Shown piece after piece: positions 13,561-27,735 of a stretch of 64,000 nucleotides of DNA. How positions within the stretch are numbered: the stretch's first letter is position 1; each line of letters starts with the position of its first letter. Source of the DNA: Gracilinanus agilis (Eukaryota); contig NC_058133.1 of assembly GCF_016433145.1 (NCBI RefSeq), forward strand, positions 267,296,898 through 267,360,897, written 5' to 3'. A model generated the notes under the pieces. That model was not told the DNA's origin. It worked only from the letters and a program-made list of their open reading frames with translations, and did no database searches. Made by a program: the position numbers and the translations under genes.

Positions 13561-15087
13561 CATATTTCCCTTAGTGAGAGGCAAAGTGGAATGAGGGAGC
13601 TGCTGGAGAAAGACATGGCTTCAGACTCTGCTTCAAAGAATGGATAGTTGGGTGAATGGGCAAATGGTTTCACCATTTTGAACATTAGTTTTCTCATGAT
13701 AAAATGCTAAGAACAACAGCTGCCTGACAGGGCTACTGTGTATCAAATAAAATAATATATGTAAAACACTGAAAATTTTAAAACATTATATAAAACATGG
13801 ACTATTTTTACTGATGACAATTCTTGTTGCATTATGATCACTGAAGGATGTACTTCACAGTTCTGTCTTTCTAAATTTATTAATGAGTTTTTTATATCTA
13901 AGGATATGCTTTTTTGGTAAATGTGCAATATGATTAAATATAGGCATACTAATTAGACTATTAAAGAATTATCATACGTAGTTTTTCTGATATTCAAATT
14001 TTCAACCTTATTTCCTGATTGTCTTTGTTATTTTTGTCTGTATGAAATAAGCATGTTGTAGTCCCTAACAATAATTCACTGTGCCTGACCTGATCAAGTC
14101 CAGAGTGAGATCAAAAGCCCCTGACCAAGCCTGAGCCCAGATTCTGAGCCCAGAACAGGGCAGCTCATAGTGCTCCGAGCTCTACAAGCTATCAGCAGTC
14201 CCAGGGGTTGACTGAGTTAGCAGTGGGAAGTGGCTTTCAAAGCTCCTAGCCCATAGGCCATTATACCACCAAAAGAACTAAAACTTGCAGAAACCCAGAA
14301 ATAAAATTAACAGTATCTTCTACAAGAATCTTCCCATAACCCTTAATTCCAGTGCTTTCCCTCTTTTAGTTAAAATTTCTATGTATCCTGTACATAGCTT
14401 GCTTTGTATATATTTGTTTTAATGTTGAACTCTGCTCTCCAAATGGTAGGCTTCTTGAGAGGAGAGGCTGTCTTTTGCCACTTTTTGTATCCCCAAGGCA
14501 TAGCACAAAGCCTTACATATATGTAGGTACTTAATAAATGTTTATTGGTATTCTGCTACTCTCCTATTTTATTGCTGAGTACTTTGCATTCATGACCATA
14601 ACTAAAGCTTTTCTTTCCATCAAATCCTGTTAAAATAGTTCCTGTCTTCCTAACCTGCCCTTTTAAATTATCTTCTCTTCTTCTTCTTTTCTTCCTTGAA
14701 TCCTTTTCCATTCCTATCCAGTGCCAGGGTCCAGCAGTTCTCCTTACTTCATTATATTTCTATTACTATATTTTTTCATTTACTTAAAAGATTTTAAATC
14801 TTTTCTTTCCCAATCAATAGAGAAAAGAGATTAATGAGATAACACAATCCTCATACCACCGATTTCTATGTTTGAATAATATTTTCCTGTAGTAATAAGA
14901 AACAGCAATTTCTTTCTCTCCTCTCTCCATTCCTAGGATATTTCTTCTCTACCTTTAAAACAACAAAACAAACAAACAAAATCTAAATCCATAGTTCTTC
15001 CTCATTTCCCTATTAACCTTTAGAAAGTCTCTTGGGTAGTCAGAGGGTACAGGGTAAACAGGAGTCTATTTATTCTATTATTTATGT

Positions 15088-15288
15088 TTTTTTTTAACTC
15101 TTACCTTCCATCTTAGAATCATGACTGTGTATTGGTTCTAAGGTAGAAGAATGCTAAGGAGTAGGCAATGGGGGTTAAGTGACTTGCTCAGGGTCACACA
15201 GCTAAGAAGTGTCTGAGGTCAAATTTGAACCTAGGACTTCCTGTCTCTAGGTCTGGCTCTCAATCCACTGAGCCACTCACTTATCTCC
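15088..15288 (-). mobile_element. Opossum SINE-1
   Basis: TSD tatttatgt at 15079-15087 and 15289-15297. Confidence 0.9.
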
Positions 15289-15496
15289 TATTTATGTATT
15301 TCTTAACTAACATCTATAAAATTGTTACTGTTTTCTAACAGGTTCCTTTTTTTTTTTTTTAATGTGTCACTGATGAACTTTTGGAGTGTTATGTTCCCAT
15401 CCTCACTTTTCCCATAAGCCCTATGGTTTTTATTGCCTGATTTTGCATAAGGAAGTGATTTTTTTTAAAAAAAGGATCTACTTTTAAAAAATGTCT

Positions 15497-16074
15497 TATT
15501 ATTGCAGAACTAAATCTTAAAAGTTTCTCTTCCTTGAGTCTCTGCCTGATATGTGAGTACAGGACTTCCTAGGTACCCTTAAGGCCTAAGGAATCCAACC
15601 AAGGTCAAAGAGTATGTGAGGAATTCCCTTTTCTTACAACCCTGCAGTGCTGGCTAAAGGAAGCCTACCTTAAAGCAACTAAAGAAATCAGAACTGTATG
15701 ATAAAAAAATTTGAGAGCTATATTTCCTTTGCAGCACAGATATGTACCTTCTGTTTGCATCTCATTCATTTCCTGAGATGTGCAATTCACCCTCTTTTGT
15801 GATCAGGGACATCTGTGCTTTTCACCCTATACCTGTACATTAATCCCCTCACCGCCACCTCTGTTTCTGGTCACATAGTCCCTTGTCCCTAATAAGGTAT
15901 AAAAATCCTGGACCCTCTCCTCTTTGAAGATGCAGTCTTTTATTTTAACTGCACCTGCCACCAGCCATTCAACTTAATAAATTTCTCTATTTTAAAAGAT
16001 AATCATCAGATCATGTCGATTCATTGAGGAAGTCTCCTTCCCAACCCAGAGTAATATTAAGTTCTGCCACAACA
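15497..16074 (+). mobile_element. Solo LTR
   Basis: Degenerate inverted termini tattattgcagaact...agttctgccacaaca; TATAAAAA near 15898; AATAAA near 15976; flanks tgtct/tgccc. Confidence 0.75.
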
Positions 16075-17330
16075 TGCCCAGGAATGAAAATGAATTCCAT
16101 AAAGTCTTCATAGTATTGTTTTGTGTGTGTGTGTGTGTATGTGTAGCTATACATATATAACCTGGGAGCTTACGGTCTTAATCTCATTTCTGGGTATATT
16201 TTAGTGCAGTGATGATGAACCTTTTAGAGATGGAGTGTCAGACCCCACCCTTGAGACCAAATGCCATGTCTGCCCCTCATCCAAGACCAAGTGCTATGTC
16301 CTGCCCTCCCCAGAGACAGAGTGCCATGCCATGCCCCGACCCAAGACTGAGTGATGCACCCCTCTTTTGCCCACCCCCGCTTACCCCAGACAGGGGAAGA
16401 AGGAAGCTCTCCCATTGGGCTTCTAGGTAGAAGGGCGGGTGACGAGAGGCACATGTGGAGAGGGGGAGGAAAGTGGCCCTAGCTTTCCACTCTCCTCTAG
16501 CTATATGCCATGTTGTGAGCTAAACCTCCTTCACACCTAGCTCCTCTCTAATTCCGCCACAGGAATCATCTTCATAGGCTGCCATCTGCGCCCCTCATGT
16601 GGTATGTGCTGCTATCTCACTCCCAGCACCTTAGTCCAGACTGGAGAAGGAGGAAGTGCTCCCATTGGCTATTGGTCAGAGGGGCAGGGGAAATGAGGAA
16701 TGTCCTCAGATGCATGGAGAAGGGGAAGGGAGCAGCTCCACCCTGAGTTACTCTGGCTTTCAAGTAACGAACTCTGGCAGGCAATTACAGGCTCTGTGTG
16801 CCCTTTTTGGCACACGTGCCAGAGATTAGCCATCTCTATTAGAGTGGAATTTTTCTGATGATTCTATTGATCTGCACTTTGTCTTCTGGTTCCAATACTT
16901 ACAGACAACTTATTTTATGATTTCTTGAAATAGAAGACCTGAGATTTCTTATTCTGTCATGGTTCTCTGAGAGCCTAATGATCCTTGGATTATCCCTGCA
17001 TGCCCAGTTTTCAGGGACAATTGTTTTCTTCATATTTTTCCAGTTTTATTGTCCTTTGAATTTACTCTAATATTTCATGTTGTATAACTGAATTTTTGAG
17101 TTCCATTCAGAGTACCTAAATGCTATGTTAAAATGTCCACAATTCTGTTCTAAGCTGTCTGTTCTATTCACTTCTTTCTTTATTTCTTTTATTGAATGCT
17201 CCAACCACTCAGTCATTGTGATCATTCCATGTTTAAAAGGGGGGAGGTTAAACTAGAATTGTTTTTTTTTTCCCCTATCCATTCCTTCTTTCCCTCCATT
17301 CTTTTATCCCATAGGATTTCCCCATCATTT
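16075..17330 (-). mobile_element. Old L1 (ORF1 region) fragments around the MITE
   Basis: Antisense L1 ORF1-like text (ctattgatctgcactttgtcttctggttcc...); approximate. Confidence 0.55.
16207..16838. mobile_element. hAT MITE family B, long copy with internal ~30-bp GC-rich repeats
   Basis: Starts CAGTGATGATGAACCTTTTAGAG, ends GGCACACGTGCCAGAGATTAGCCATCTCTA; degenerate TSD ttttagtg/ttagagtg; homologous to 27736-27904. Confidence 0.8.
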
Positions 17331-18214
17331 CAGGCATTTTTCTTTGTTTATGTTCTCATTTTGTTCCTGCCTCTAATTCTCTTGAGGGCTTATCTTTACA
17401 ACTCTTCCTCTAGGAAGGGTGGAATACTAATGGAAAGAGACTGTAATGTATGGCCTACAATTGGTTTTACCTACAGTTGGTTTCATCAAGCTTACTTTTT
17501 CCCCAGTAACTGGTTGGTGTCACATAGGACTGACAGCATGGCCCTTCTTGGCTTTCTTTTACTTTTCAGTGGGGGATGACCTTTCCAGAATTTCATTCTT
17601 CACTTCTACTTTTACTCTTGCTTTATCAAGCGCATTTGAGATTGGTTTTAAAGTACATAGAAAAAGGGAGGTTTTGATCAAAAACTTTTTCACTCTCTTT
17701 TTCTACTGCCTATCTTGGCCCTTTTTGTGATATTAAAATTTGATACTACTTTATTTCATTAGGCTTAATCAAGTTACTTAAGATAAAAGTCAAATGCATC
17801 TCATGAAGTGCTAATGTCAAATATTCTAAGCTGTGCAAAAATTCCCCAAGTTGTACAAAATTCCCATGTACTAATTCTAGCCAATCCTAAATGGATAATG
17901 CTCACATTGCTAATAATAGATTATGTCACTTCTCTATGGAAGAACTGCTTCATTGTCAAGAGGATACTTGGTTACTGAGGAGCCTTAGACCCCATTTATT
18001 GTCAGTTGTGAGCTTTGCTAATAAACTGATCATTCTTGGAACTTTGTTTTTCTTATTATTTTATCTTTTTATTCACAGATTTTTAGAGTGAATCTATCAT
18101 TTTCTAGATATAGAGCAACACATTTTTAATAGGATTTGAAGATTTATAGCACTTCATGGACTGGGCATTCATGCTTTCAATAGTAATTGTGTTTCCATTA
18201 TTCTCTTACTTCAA

Positions 18215-19150
18215 ATGTTCAAAAGATTTGAACAGGCAATTCTCAGATGAAGAAATTTTATTCTTCAGTCATTGAAAAAATGCTCCAAAGCACTATTAAT
18301 TAGAGAAATGAAAACTAAAACAACTCTGAGGTAACATCTCACATCCACCAGACAAGCTAACATAACCAAAAAGGAAAATGATAAATGAGGGGATCTGGGA
18401 AAATTGAGAAACTAATACACTGTTGGTAGAGGTATAAACTGAAACAACCATTCTGAAAAGCAATATGGAATCATGCTCAAATGGCCATCAAACTATGTAT
18501 ATCCTTTGACCCAGCAATACTCCTAATAGATCTTTATCCCAAAGAGATTAAATATAGGGGAAAAGTACTTACCTGTATAAAAACACGTAAAGCAACTCTT
18601 TTGTGGTAGCAAAGAATTAGAAACTGAAAAGATGTCCATCGGTTGGGATATGGCTGAACAAGCTGTGGTATAAAATTATAATGGAAAAATACTATGACAT
18701 AAGAAAAGACTAACAAGAAGATCACAAAAAAATCTGGAAAGACTCATATGAAGTGATGCAAAGTGAAGTGAGCAGAATCAGGAGAACACTGTACACAGAC
18801 ACAATAATAACATATAATAAGGAGCAGCTGGGTAGCTCAGTGGATTGAGAGCCAGCCCTACAAACAGGAGGTCCTAGGTTGAAATCTGGCCTCAGCCACT
18901 TCCTAGCTGTGTGACCCTGGGTAAGTCACTTAACCACCTTTGCCTAGCCTTTACCACTCTTCTGCCTTGGAACCAAAACATAGTATTGATTCTAAGACAG
19001 ATGATAAGGGTTAAAAAACAAACAAAGAACAATAATTTATGATAATCAACTGGGAGTGACTTAACTATTATCAAGCAGGGGAAGAGAGAGAGGGAGGGGG
19101 AGAACATAGGCTGTAAAATTTCAGGAAACAAATATTTAAAATTGTATCAA
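18215..19150 (+). mobile_element. Old L1 3' end containing a SINE-1
   Basis: aaacaactctgaggtaacatctcacatcc...ctttgacccagcaatac...gtgagcagaatcaggagaac. Confidence 0.85.
18821..19024 (+). mobile_element. Opossum SINE-1
   Basis: Full head-to-tail match to the other copies. Confidence 0.9.
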
Positions 19151-19180
19151 CATGTTAAAAAAGAAAAGACTCAAATCACA

Positions 19181-19368
19181 GTTCAGCTAGGTGGCTCAAT
19201 GGGTAGAGCACCAGGCCTGGAGATAGGCCCTGGGTTAAAATCTAGCCTCATATACCTCCTTGCTGTGTGACCCTGGACAACTCACTCCCTTGCCTAGTCT
19301 TTACAGTCCTTCCTTGGAACCAATACTTAGTATCTATTCTAAGTCAGAAGGTATGGGTTTAAAAAAAG
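19181..19368 (+). mobile_element. Opossum SINE-1 (older copy)
   Basis: cagctaggtggctcaatgggtagagc...cttggaaccaatacttagtat. Confidence 0.85.
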
Positions 19369-19369
19369 A

Positions 19370-21430
19370 ATCAAGCAGGAACAAAAGAAGCAATTCTACC
19401 CAATTCTTTCTAAAACAGAAATGTAGTCTCAATACCTAAAACAGAGTAAAAAACAAATAAAGAAAACTATAGACAATAACCCTAATGAGTATTAATGAGA
19501 GAAATATTAACAAAGAGGCCAATAGCAACACAGCATAAAGACTGAACACTATAACCAGGTTGGTTTTATATAAAAATGCAGATTTGGATTAAAAATAGGA
19601 AAAATATATACAAAGTTGATATTATTAATAATGAAAACAATTAAAACATATGATTATGTGTATAACTAGAGAAAATGGATTTGGGAAACATTTATTATGC
19701 ATTTCAGTTAAAAACACTAAAAAATATAAGAATAAATGCAATTTCCTTAATACAGTAAAAAGTATATATCTAGCTATCTACCTATATTTAAAATCAAGAG
19801 CTGAGATCATAGTTGATGTGGATAAATTAGAATCCTTTCCAATAATGTCAGGGATAAATCAAGGATGTCTATTGTCACCAATACTATTTGATATAATGCT
19901 AGAAAAGATAGTGATAGGAATAAAATAAGAAAAATAAATTGAGGGAATAAGCACAGGCAGAGAAGAAATGAAATCATCACTTTTTGCAAATGATATGATG
20001 GCGTAGTTTTGAACTCTCGAGTTAACAAGAAAAGTAGAATAATTATTAACTTCAGCGAAATTGCAGGATATGAAATAAATCTACATAAATCATAATTTCT
20101 GAATATTACCAATAAAACCCATCAGGATGAGAAAAATTCTGCTAAAAATAATTACAGAATATATAAGATACCTGAGAGTCAATCTACCAACATATATAGA
20201 AAGTTATTTGGTTTTGTTCAGGCATTTTTCAGTTAGGTCTGACTATTCATAATCTCATTTGGGATTTTGTCATTTGCCCTTTCCTTCTCCAGCTTATTTT
20301 ACAGAAGAGCAACTGAGGTTGATAGAGCTAAGTGACTTTCCCAGGGGCACACAACTAGGAAGTGTCAGGCCACACTTGAACTGAAGATGAGTCTTTCTGA
20401 CTCTAGGCCCAACACTGACTAATATATGTAAGTACAATTTTAAAAGTTCTAAATAATTTGAGAAGTATTTATTTGAGAAGTGGGTAGGCTAACTAAATAT
20501 AATAAAAATGACAATGCTACCAAAATTTTGCATAATGTACATATAACCCAGATCAAATTGCAAGAAGAGGGAGGACAGGGAAGGAGGGAGATAATTTTCA
20601 TCTTATAATTTTGGGAAACATGTTGAAAATTGTTATTAAATGTAATTGTGAAAATAAAATGTCTTTGAATTTAAAAAATTATTTTATAGAACTAGTAAAA
20701 CAATAAGATATTTCATTTGAGGAATGAAAGGTCAAACATCTCAAAGAAAATAATTTTTAAAAAAGTAGAAATGAAAATGAACCTAGCAACATCAGATCTC
20801 AAATAAAGCATAAATCATCCAAACTAGTTCTGGTTAAAAAATAAAGAGGTGGGGTTAGCTAGCAGGCTCAATAGATTAGGAGCCAGGCATGAAGGGTTCA
20901 AGTCTAGCCTCAGATACCTCCTAGCTGACTCTGGGCAAGTCACTTAACTCCCATGGAACTAATACACAGTACTGATTCTAAGATGAAAGGTAAAGTTTGA
21001 AAAAAAAAAAAAAGGTGATTAGCAGAACAGATTATGTATATACAATATTTCAACCATATAAAATTTAAAGTTTTTGCCCTAAATAAATCCAATGCACCTA
21101 AGACTAGAAGGGAAACTAGGGAAAACTTGAATGAACTAATGCAGAATGAAATAAATAAAACTAGGAGCACAGTTTATACCATAACATTAACATTGTAAAA
21201 ATAGATCATTTTGAAGGACTTAAGAACTCTGATTGATGAAATCAACCAAACCACTCATCTCAAGACAGAGATACAATGGACAAATGAACACATTGAGATG
21301 TATTTTTATGCATGGCTAACAAGATAATTTGTTTTGCTTGATTATATTTATTTGTTGCAAGAGTTGCTCTTTTTTCTTTGAGGAGACTGGAGTGAGAAAA
21401 ATGCTTAACGATTGAAAAAAAATAAAATTT
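19370..21430 (+). mobile_element. Old L1 ORF2 and 3' fragments with nested Mar1 (20205-20420, minus) and SINE-1 (20850-21012, plus)
   Basis: ORF 19650-19928 contains the RT motif SGINQGCLLSPILFDIMLE. Confidence 0.85.
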
Positions 21431-22529
21431 AACTTAAAAAATAGTTAATAAGGGGAGAGCAAAAGATTTGTTATGTGGCAATGATCAGGCAATCAAAATT
21501 TGTAGTCAACTCTATGAAACTGGCCATAACCAACCAATTAATCAACAAATATTTATAGAACATTTATGATGTACAAAAGCATAGTGGTAGACCTATGAAT
21601 AATATAAAAGTTCATAAGATACATTTTCTACCCTTAAAGAGCTTACAAAGTTAGGAAAGCAAACACATATAAATAAAAAGATAACTTCATAGTCACTTTC
21701 ATTGAAGGGCATAGTTATTAGTGAATAACATTTGCTGGATAACAATCTCCAAAACTTTTGTATCTGTAGCCTTCCAAGGGCATATTCTGATACTATCTTC
21801 TAGATTAACTTGGATATGCCTGTGTATGATAGACTAAAAAACAAGTAGCTGTTTCAGTCTCTTGGTGAAAGAAAAATCACTCTGATTTGGAGACACCACC
21901 TTTAACCAGAGCAGCCCAATTATGATAAATAAGCTATGTTTCTTGGCTAATTAATTTGGCCATCCAAATATATCTCTACCAGCTTGCCTGTCTAATCCAA
22001 CTGATGGTATGGGTATTTTTGGAAGATCAATGAGAAGGTGGGAGGGAGGAAAAGAGAGATAGGGGGGAAGAGAGAGACAAAGAGACAAAAAGAAAAAAAG
22101 ACATCTGATGGTCTGCTTTTGCTTTGCTACAAAGTTCATGCCACAGATTAAACTCACTGTGACTCTGAATGCTCAGTGACAGGAATCTTGAAGAGAAAAC
22201 TCAAAACAATACAAAACTCTGAAACCTCACTGAAAGCACAGACAATTGTGACAGGTAAGGCAAGAATCCTAAAGGGATAGTAGTAATACTTCACTAGATA
22301 AACAAGAGAGCCTGTCAACAACATGCTGTGATAGTAACTTCATTCCACATATGACAAAATCAACACAACAATCAGAGCTACAGAGAAAAATGTATTTCTA
22401 AACTCATAATATCTCAGGATTTCAGAGTTGGAAAGGTTGTCATAAATCATTTAGTTCAAACTGGATCTGAATAAGAGTAAACTCTACAACATATATCCAT
22501 ATTATTTATTACATGCATCTGCTTCTTTC

Positions 22530-23230
22530 CATTCGCAAATGTCATTTTAGTTCAGGACCTTACTACTCTCCCTTTCCAGGACTATTACAATTGGTCTTCC
22601 TGCCTCAAGTTTCATCCCACCTCAATGCATATACCACACAACAGCCAAAGTGATTTTCCTAAAGGACAAGTTTGACTATATCATACTTCTTTAATCAGTA
22701 AACTCTAGTGGTTCCCTATTACTTTCTAGGATTACACATAACATTTTTGAAAGTTACATCATCCCAATATTATTAACATTACTCGCCTTACATGTTATGG
22801 CCCAGTGAGTCTTTGCATTCCTCATACATACATATATATGTACATTCATAATACACATATACATATATACATACAAAATATTCTTATCCTTCATCTTCCA
22901 TCTCCATGCCTTTGCACTGACTATTCCTCATACCTAGATGGTATTCCCCCTTTACCCCTCCTCATCTCTTCTTCATAGAATCCTTAGCTTCTTTCAGAAT
23001 TCAAATCATGCACCACCTTCTACATGAAAACTTTCCTGATCTTCCAGCTTCCCACTCTCCCTCTTCCTCCTCCATATTTACTTTATATTTATTTTACACA
23101 TATTTTGCATATATTTATATACATACTTCTTATTCCTGATTGAAAGGAACCTCCACAGGGGCAGGTGCTGTTTCATTTTTGTTTTTGTATCCCTAATACC
23201 TGAAATATAGTGGGTGCTTAATAAATGCTT
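22530..23230 (+). mobile_element. L2 3' fragment
   Basis: ccaaagtgattttcctaaag...gtgcttaataaatgctt. Confidence 0.8.
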
Positions 23231-23239
23231 CTAAATAAC

Positions 23240-23870
23240 TGCTAGCTCTGATTGTTTAGAAGTAATTCCTCACATCAAGCCCAAACAGCCCTCTTTGTAA
23301 CTAACACTCATTGTTCCTGATTCTATACTCTTGGGTCAAAGAGAATAAATTTAATCCCTCCTCCACATGACATCCCTTCAGCAGCTACCATCTCATTCCA
23401 TTTACCAAGTTTTCTGTTTTCAAGGCTAAAAATCCAAGTTCTTTCAATAGATCTTGCTATGACACAGAATTAAGGTCCATTATCATCCTGGTTGCCCTCT
23501 TCTGGAGATAATCTTCAATATATCAGGATCCTACTTAAATTGTGGTAATTAGAACTGAATATAATATACCAGATATAGTCAGACCAGGGTAGGTAACAGA
23601 GGGATTATAATCTCCTTATTTCAGTAAATTATGTCCCTCTGAAAGCAGCCCAATGTCTCATTAGCTCTTTTGGCTAAAACATTACACTATATACTCATAT
23701 TAAGCTTATAGTACACAAGAAATCCCAGATAATTCTTCAATTGCTAACCATACCTCTTCTCACCTTGTACTTGTGAAATTTGTTTTCTGAACCTAAGTAA
23801 GTATGGGGCTTTACATTAATTGTTACTGAACTATACCTTATGAAACTGTCTAGATCTTTTTGGATCCTGA
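23240..23870 (-). mobile_element. L3/CR1 fragment
   Basis: atcctggttgccctcttctgg...agaactgaa...accagatatagtcagacc, antisense CR1 RT end. Confidence 0.75.
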
Positions 23871-26190
23871 CTCCCCAAAGCCAATTCCCATGCAACATAC
23901 CTCACAGATACAGATGATATATTTCTGAAAAGCTACATAGAAATCAAATGTTTAAAAACAGAATCCTATTTTAAGTGTACAAAGAGACTGCTATGAAGGG
24001 GACTTCCATGGCAAATATAACATAGCAAAGATTCTTTTTGCACACTGAGTGATCAGCCACATTCTCTTTTTATGCATATAAAGCTATCCGATTTTCAATT
24101 TACTTAAGAGCAATAAAAGTGCATCTTGATTTCTTTCCTTAATCAAATTTTTGCCCTCAAACATACAATGAAAAAATCAACAATAAAATAGAAGTTTAAG
24201 AAAAATATACCATCAGGTATGACAGCACACAAATGTGAATAATACACTACACTGTAAAAGAAGTCTCATACAATCCAAAAAACAACACAACGTTTAGACA
24301 CAAAATGTGCCCTAAAGTTTCCAGCTAAGGAAGAAAGTTTCATCAAAATATTGTCAGCTACTTAAGTGAAGACTTTAAAGGCAGAAAAAAACAGCCTCAT
24401 TGTATTCTTTTGTTTTGTATACAGGAACTCAATATGCAAATTAACCAAAAATGGATCATCATTATCTGTTTCACATGCGCAGAGTAAATTAAGTACTGCA
24501 GTGGTATAAATAAACACATCTATCCATGTAACTCCACAAACTATGCTTATCCATCCTTTTAGAAAAAAGAAGCATAAAATGCTTTCTTCATCATTAAATG
24601 GATCACAGATGGTAGGAATTGATCAACAGATCAACAAAAATAAAATAAAGCTGAGCACTTTCAAATCTTGCCCCTCACCAAAGTATCTTAACTTCTTCCT
24701 TTAGAAAAATACCAAGTAGTTTTACATTATGGTTGATTTCCAGGTGCAAAATTACAATAGGCAATAGCTTTCAAAAAGGGAATAAAAGGTAAATTATCTT
24801 TTAGCACAGAATCTCTTGTATAGTCTTGGGAAAGAGATAACAGAAACTTTGGAGTCCACATAATACTATATTTTTATCAGTATCTAATGTGTAAATTAGC
24901 TCTTTCACTAACTAGAGGTTTTAACTTTCAAAACACATAATTACTGATCATTTTTGTTCATATCACATTTCTTTGGCAGGGTGAAATGAACTAAAACAGC
25001 TGTTACATTCTAATAGCTTGAGAGGGTGCAGAGAATTTCTATGGCTATCAGAAATTAAACCTATGGCTTCCTAACATGCAGAACATATTCATGTGTTCAG
25101 ATGACCCGCATTATTTGGAAAAATCATTATTAACTTATGAAATTATAATTTGAAACATAATGAAATAAGGTTGCTAAAGAAAATATTATAGCTCATAAAT
25201 GAGGTCTGAGCCACCATCCCTGAGTGATGGGTCCTCTCACCTTTCCTCAGAGCAATAAGGAACTTTGGCTGAAAGGAGTCCAAAATGTTCATGCAAGCAC
25301 CATTCCTTGCAGAGATCAAGCCCTCTATTTTCTTACTAGAAAATGAATTTTTAGAAAGTAAATCAAATCTGGCACTCTGCCCAGAATTTCTGGCAGCTGA
25401 CAAGCAATTTGGTTTCACTTTTGGTCTACTCTCCCCAGAGCTAACCTAATGTCAGAAGGCTCCTAAATCCTAAGGGTTTGTATTCTTTATAATGATCACT
25501 AAGAAAAGCTCTGATGATTTTACTGACAATGAGAATTGTTTAAACAACTCATTTTTTAGTCAACTTCCTGTGGAAAGATGAGTATAAAACTCTTTAGTCC
25601 TCTAGTATCTTCTTCCACAATGGAGAATGTAGACCACATCATAATGATTTTGCAGAAATTGGTATTTTACAGGCAAAGAGTCTTTAGATGAAGTAACACA
25701 ATTTTGAGGGGTTTAAGGGACTGTGTCTGAAGTAGAGAAAGATACTATGGGGGTAAATTTCAGACATTTGTATACCCCCCCAAAGTGACAAAGAGAACAT
25801 CAATAACTATCAATTTGCATGTCTGCTTTCCAATCGATATATAGTTTTTACAAGAACAATCTAATTATATATTGAGGGTCTTCTTTGAAAGAAACAGAAT
25901 TCAAGATCCTGATATACTTATTGTGTAAGGAATAAGGAAAAAAATCACTTAATACTAGAGCAAAATGCCACTTTAAAGATTCCCTCCCAACAAAGTATTT
26001 TCCATGCATACTTCAAAATTATACAAAATTCCTTGAAATATATAACAAAACTCTTTTGACATTTATTATCAGGCAAGGCATACAACAAGGAAACAGTCAC
26101 CAGTGGGGTAAAGGAGATCCAACACAAAGCCCACATCAAGTTTGCAAATAGCATTGAGTGCCAAAGCCCTCTTCTCTTTTTCCTCTATAC

Positions 26191-26400
26191 CAGTGATGGG
26201 CAAACTTTTTAAAGAGGAGGCCAAAGGAAAGGAAATGCTCATTTGTCAGTCTGTTTCTAAGGCAACTCTTTTGAAGTTTCATTGTATTGTATCCTACTCA
26301 TTGCATTCGTCAGATTAGGAATAATGTCCTGCAGCGGGGGATAGAACATTTCAGGAGGCCGCATCTGACCCACAGGCAGGCCGTAGTTTGCCCATCACTG
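26191..26400. mobile_element. hAT MITE family A, copy 2
   Basis: Same TIRs as 12836; TSD ctctatac/ctctattc. Confidence 0.95.
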
Positions 26401-26722
26401 CTCTATTCCATTTCACTTGGTGACCTCATCAACTCTCATGGATTCAATTATTATCTCTAAATAAATGATTTTCAAATCTTCTTATCTAGCCCATATATCT
26501 TTGCTAACCTCCACTCTCATGCCTCTATTGGACACCTCAAAATGGATGCTCAGTAGTCTTCTTAAACATGAACAATGAATTTATTATCTTTCCTCCAATT
26601 CTCCCTACCAAGCCCTCCTCTCTTCTTAACTTTTTTTTGTTATTGTTGAGGATCTTAGTTGTTGGCTTTTTGAGAATAAGGATTATCATTTCCTTTTCTT
26701 TGTATTCCCAGAGCTTAACATA

Positions 26723-27569
26723 TGTTGTGTGCAGATGCAAAGCATGGAATCCCTGCAAAGGTACAGGGAGAGCCTCACTCAGAATTCCAGGGGACCCCCC
26801 CCCCTGGAGAACTTTGGGTGAGGGGCAGTTGAGAAGGGTTGGAGACAGTTAATTTGTGGGATTGGATGTGAGCAGACACTCTGCTTGATTCTCCTGACTT
26901 GGGGTTTCTCCTGAGGTGAGCTACTCATAGGGTTAGCCTATTTGTTATTACTATTCTTCATTAATATAATTATATAATTACTTAGTAATTAGAGAGTAAG
27001 ATATTTATCTGTAGCAAGAGAGCCAGTTTTAGTTAAGTGCTTCATCCCTCCAGTGAGGAGGGGGAAGGGGGCATCAATTTAACAGTTCAGGGTCACCTTT
27101 CCTTTATCCTAAAACCTTCATTGACTTCTCTAATTTTCCTTGTTAATTCCTAATATAACTTTTTACCTTCAAATCTGTGCCTGATAATTATTTGGGAAGA
27201 TACTTACAATTCAGTCTGTATATTTAGTTTGAATCCTGTTGGCTGCCAGTTTAAGATCTCCTCTGTCCTCAACAGTTAGATAAATAATTTCTATATACTC
27301 ATCTAACTGACCTGTGAGGAATATAAATTTAAGAAAAGAAACATCAATTGGGGTTTCAGCCATAACTGAACTTACCAGAGGAATCTTATTCCTGTCTTCA
27401 TTACCAACTGAAGCAGAAGCAGTTGGGGGGGGGGGTTGAGAATCAGGAGTGTTTTACCCCCTCCTTTCCTCACTGTGGCCTGTCAATCTCGGGCTCTTGA
27501 CTTAAAGCTCTATTTGGCCCTGACACATTTATCTGCTTCTCCAAACTATCTGTTATTATCATTATAACA
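26723..27569. mobile_element. Solo LTR, 847 bp
   Basis: TGTTG...ATAACA termini; 4-bp TSD CATA (26719-26722 and 27570-27573); removing it restores colinearity with 28570-28708. Confidence 0.85.
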
Positions 27570-27735
27570 CATAATACCATTTGACTGTCTCAAAATACAA
27601 TAGAGCTACCAAACTAGATCCATCATCACTCAAATGAGTTCAGCCTCACTAAAGTTACTGTTGAGGATCTGGTACCCTAGTGATCCAGGCTCACACCCTA
27701 AATGTTACCCTGTTACTCAGGTTCACCATATACGT

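Noticed and set aside
17440-17740. Lys-rich, protein-like minus-strand reading (LKPISNALDKARVKVEVKNEILERSSPTEK*KKAKKGHAVSP)
   Set aside because: Interrupted by stops; only a vague likeness to hAT transposase motifs; no protein I can identify. BLASTX would settle it
24434-25820. Octamer ATGCAAAT/ATTTGCAT motifs (24434, 25813) and a TGCGCA-containing site near 24476
   Set aside because: Single short motifs are expected by chance in AT-rich DNA; meaningless without conservation data
26644-27274. 9-bp inverted repeat TGTTGAGGA...TCCTCAACA as LTR ends
   Set aside because: The left arm is L2 sequence that recurs at 27659; the boundaries 26723-27569 have an exact CATA TSD and restore flank colinearity
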